From Podarcis bocagei (Eukaryota): 64,000 nucleotides of DNA. Below are positions 60,037 to 64,000 of the stretch, one piece after another. The translations under genes were made by a program, and so were the position numbers. The notes under the pieces are model-generated. The model was given only the letters and a program-made list of their open reading frames with translations, made no database searches and had not been told where the DNA came from. The first letter of the stretch is position 1. Every line of letters begins with the position of its first letter. The DNA is taken from the NCBI GenBank assembly GCA_964188305.1, contig OZ076885.1, one strand, 5' to 3'.

Positions 60037-61943
60037 GTGAGTTGTCCTCCCAGTCGAGAAGCTCCCGGAGCCCAGGACAAGGCCTTTCCAGCTGGGGTTG
60101 GCTGAATTTAGGCAGCAGGTCAGTGGACAGGGAGGTTGTTCCACGCACAGCTGTGTATGGAGGGCCACCAGTGACTGGAGCTTGTTTCTGTTCCTGTGTT
60201 TATTTCTTCACAGATTTGTCCATATAAGTAGATTAAAAATGAAACTTGAAAGGGAATATTGAAATCCACCCCCACCCCTGGGATCTACTATGTTCTCAAA
60301 CCATTTAGTAAAGTCAACAGAAATAAGAAATCAGTACAAACCACAAGGGTGGGGAGCATGTTTGCCCATCTGGATTTAAGTTTCACATCCCTCACGGTTC
60401 CTCTTCAGTGATACCCATGAGTGCAGATGTCTTGTTAGTAGTACTGTTAATTAGGCAGCGGCAGTAACATGCCAACATAATGCATAGTAGCATTGGCAAA
60501 AGCATTAGTTAAAGAAGACATGTCCCTTCCTCCAAGGACCATACAATCTAAATGCCAACAGTGTGGGGTACTTAAAGAGGAGAAAGGAGATGAGAAAGTC
60601 AAGAGAAATAAAGGATGAATGTGAGCAAATGTAGCTAACACCTACTGAGGCTTCATTTCTGTTGGGGATGAGCATTAAGCCAAAGGCCTTGCGTACTGGA
60701 GAGGGAGGGAGGGAAGGTGAAGGTATTGGCACCACATAGTTCTGGGAGAGAGTTCTAGGCAGCATGTTGTGTCCAATGTACTCATTCCATTAGCGCAAGG
60801 ATTTCTCCTTGCACAACCAAATTTTCCTCCTCTCTTCTCTCCCCGCACACATCCTGTGCCCCCCCCATCTTCCCTGAGGTTGAGGGAACCCCTAAAATAA
60901 ATTTGGGTGGGTGCAGCAAAGGAGGAGAGGAGGTTCTTGGGCTGACAGAACGTTCATGTAGTGCTGCTTTGGATATAGCCTATTAAGTTCATCAGAGGAG
61001 AATGGCCATAGTCATTTAAGAAAGCAGGAGGCTTTCAGGTTGCTAAAGGTGGTAGACTTAGAGGAGTGAAAGTTGCAGGTGAAGATATAATGAGAAATAT
61101 GGGCAGAAAGGTAGCTGTTGGGGTAGAGAGTTATGGCAAGGAGAGAGATGCCTCTCGCTTGCTTTAAGCTTCAACTATTCTAAAAAAATTGATGATTTCA
61201 TACACGAGCAGAATGCTGGGGCCAAAAGTGGTTTTGTAATAGTCAGTGGGCAGGTCTGCTTCACATGAAAATATTGTTACACACCACCTCAATCTCCAAG
61301 CAGTGAGATATTCCAGGGGTACCAGGTGCACTTACCAGGACCTGTGTTTCCTTTTGGAAACCACAGCGGAATCTGTGGTGTCTTTAGGATATATGGTTTA
61401 TTTACACATATGTACAACTTGCGTCTGCGTGGAGAGAGTGCAAAGCATTTACATCCCAAGAGCGTCCTGTTCCTCTCATTGCTACAGCTTCCAATTCCAA
61501 GAGATCCCAAATACCGTGTCTGACCCTCTCTGCAGTATAAAAGAGACTGCCCGCCTCATACTCTGTCCCCATCGTCTCCGGCTTGCAAAACTGGCACTTT
61601 TTTCCTGCTTATCTCATCACCCTCTGCAATTCTGGCCCTCCCTCCTTAAACTCTGACCTTTAGTCTCTGCTATCTTTCACCTTAGGGAGGGGCTTTCCCC
61701 ATTTTCTCTCTGGCCCAGAGAGTCTCCGTTAATGACCTTCTTAAATGGGTTAATGACTCGGCCATTCCCATTATTATCTCTTGATGGTTCTTCTACTAGA
61801 TAAAATTATTAGACATGGTAAAATTGGTTTAAACTCCAGTCCCCACTAGGTTCTGAAATTTAGGGATTTGCTTAAATTCTAACCTTTTACAGAATTCTGA
61901 TATTTTAGGAGAGCCTACCCCCCCCCTCAAACCTATAACACCA

Positions 61944-62175
61944 CAGTGGTACCTCGGGTTAAGTACTTAATTCATTCCGGAGGTCCGTTCTTAACCTGAA
62001 ACTGTTCTTAACCTGAAGCACCACTTTCGCTAATGGGTCCTCCCGCTGCTGCTGCTGCTGCGCCTCAGGAGCACGATTTCTATTCTCATCCTGAAGCAAA
62101 GTTCTTAACCCAAGGTCCTATTTCTGGGTTGGCGGAATCTGTAACCTGAAGTGTATGTAACCCGAGGTACCACTG
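61944..62175. mobile_element. Tc1/mariner-type MITE, same family as 20066-20291
   Basis: TIRs CAGTGGTACCTCGGGTTA ... TAACCCGAGGTACCACTG followed by TA. Confidence 0.88.
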
Positions 62176-64000
62176 TATCTATCTGGCCAGCAGAGAAAAA
62201 GCTACCGTAAGTACTCTCCTCCTACTCCATCACCACTTCTTTGCTCTAAATTGCAGCCTCCTGAGGGGGCTTTTCATTTTGAAAAATAAAATAAAATTGG
62301 GGACTCGATTATATGTCTTTGTGTGTGGCATGCAATTTACCCCAAAGCAAGCCCAACTGTATTTAAACTGTGCCTGACAGATGTTTGTCTAACATTCACT
62401 TTGACTTTTGAAACTGGAATGTGAAACACAGTGGCTGATCAATCAATGTGTTTCTGCCAATATGATTTTGGCGGTGTTACGCTTTCATTACCACTGGTTT
62501 TCTTCTGTCAAGGGTTTCAGCTACCTTACCTTGGAATAGCAAGTTCCTTATGAAGTACTGAGAAAGAAACACCTAAGTATATAGGTGGATACATCATCAG
62601 CACAATCTCGGCTGCATCTAAAGGTCTGAACTCAAAACCCCAAATCAGTAGTCAGAAAACTCAAATGCCTTGATCCTGACCTTTGTGAGTGCTCAGAAGC
62701 GATCTGCCTTGTCTCACAAGCTGTCCCATTTTCATTTCAGTGGAAAGAGCTGGTCCCCCTAGATAAATGAATAAACATACAGATCAACTCCTTTCTTTGA
62801 AATGAATGAGAAAACTCTTCTGGACAGGGTTCTTTTTGCAAGGCACACCTACACAGAAGAGTCTATGAGAGAAAGTCTCATGAAAAAGAAGGGGAAAACC
62901 ACAAAGTACTTCCTGATAAAGAATTTATTTTGAAACCTGTTGGGCCCTTTTTTCAATTAAAAAATCCTGCCTTCAGTCTTTTCAAAATAAACTGCCCAAA
63001 TTATCATTAAGACAAAGCTGCTCTCTCTCTTTCTTTTTTTCCCTTTTGGTGCTGCCTCCCCCTCCGCTTTCCTAGGCAGAGTTGTTCGCTGTATGCATTT
63101 GACCTCCTGTATCCAGAATAGATTGATGGATCCAGGCAAGATGCTGTGATTATGATAAATTATGCAAATTGAATACATTGTCATGTATCTACTTTGCAAG
63201 ATTTATTCCTGTGGCAAATGTTGCAAGGGTCGCAGGATTTTTACCGGAAAGGAGAGTAGTGTAGGGTGCTGGGATAAAATAGTGATTGGAGATCACAGGG
63301 GAGGGATATGTAAAGAGGAAATATTGTCCTTTAGGCCTTGGAAGCAGTAGCAGCAGCAGCAGGCTCTTTCTCTGGCATCAACTGCTTTTCAGGGGAAGGT
63401 TCCTTATTTCTTTTTAACTTGTACAATTTCTAGGTCTTTCATGCAATCTATAAATAATAGATTGTATGATGATAATGAGACCTATAAATGTACTTTCAGA
63501 AAATAAATAAAGCTGAACTCCTGACAGTTCTGAATTAGCTGCTCCCTGATTCTGCATAAAGAAGCCAGGTCCTCTTGTCTACCCCCTCAGAGTACAGCAT
63601 CAGTTAAATTCCAGAGTATGAATATGTGTCATTTGTTGCATAATTCCTGTGCAGGTTCTCTGACTCGTTTACAGCCAACATAAATCACAACACAGGTGAT
63701 CTGCCTTGTATGTCAATATTATCCAGATAAGGAGTTTCAGGATGATCTTGAGGTGGTGCAATTTATATGGAGTGGACAGCACATGGGAATGACCATGTAC
63801 TCCACCTTCCCCACAACCATGCTTCCCCATCCTGCCAAACAGCTGAAGCATATTGTTTGGCAGGCAGTAGAGGGGGAGAAATGCAATTTACATGCAGAAT
63901 ATGCATGCCAATTTGCATGTGGGGAGTGGCTTGGGCTCCAGCTGCACTGAAGGTCTCCAGGGGACCAATGTGGGCCACAGTTTGCTCCCATGTGTTTTAA

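Noticed and set aside
60037-64000. Canonical final SYT7 exon (IYLSWKSGPGEVKHWKDM...)
   Set aside because: I found no matching codons by eye, so it is presumably beyond the window. This is not evidence of gene truncation.

Overview
This is eukaryotic DNA from a squamate, most likely a lacertid lizard, judging by its Sauria-type SINEs and its L2, CR1, BovB and Penelope repeats. The whole window lies inside the synaptotagmin-7 gene (SYT7) on the + strand. Nine coding exons can be placed with exact AG/GT boundaries. Four are frame-preserving (phase 2-2) cassette exons of the juxtamembrane linker: 2714-2845, 4014-4229, 9494-9856 and 30376-30498. The rest are the constitutive linker exon (38037-38172) and four exons encoding C2A and most of C2B (54500-54770, 56375-56544, 56784-56898, 59837-60036). 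I did not find the N-terminal/transmembrane exons or the last C2B exon, so they presumably lie outside the window. The introns hold many transposons, several with exact target-site duplications and nested insertions, plus microsatellites and two N-gaps. The best leads are: (i) minimal hammerhead-ribozyme motifs in Penelope-like terminal repeats, one on the pre-mRNA strand inside a 113-bp inverted repeat; (ii) a candidate 36-nt stop-codon ('poison') exon and a dense NOVA-type YCAY cluster in the intron before C2A; (iii) CaMKII-type and 14-3-3-type motifs in a cassette exon. I see no evidence of a new protein-coding system. Most ORFs in the supplied track are spurious.
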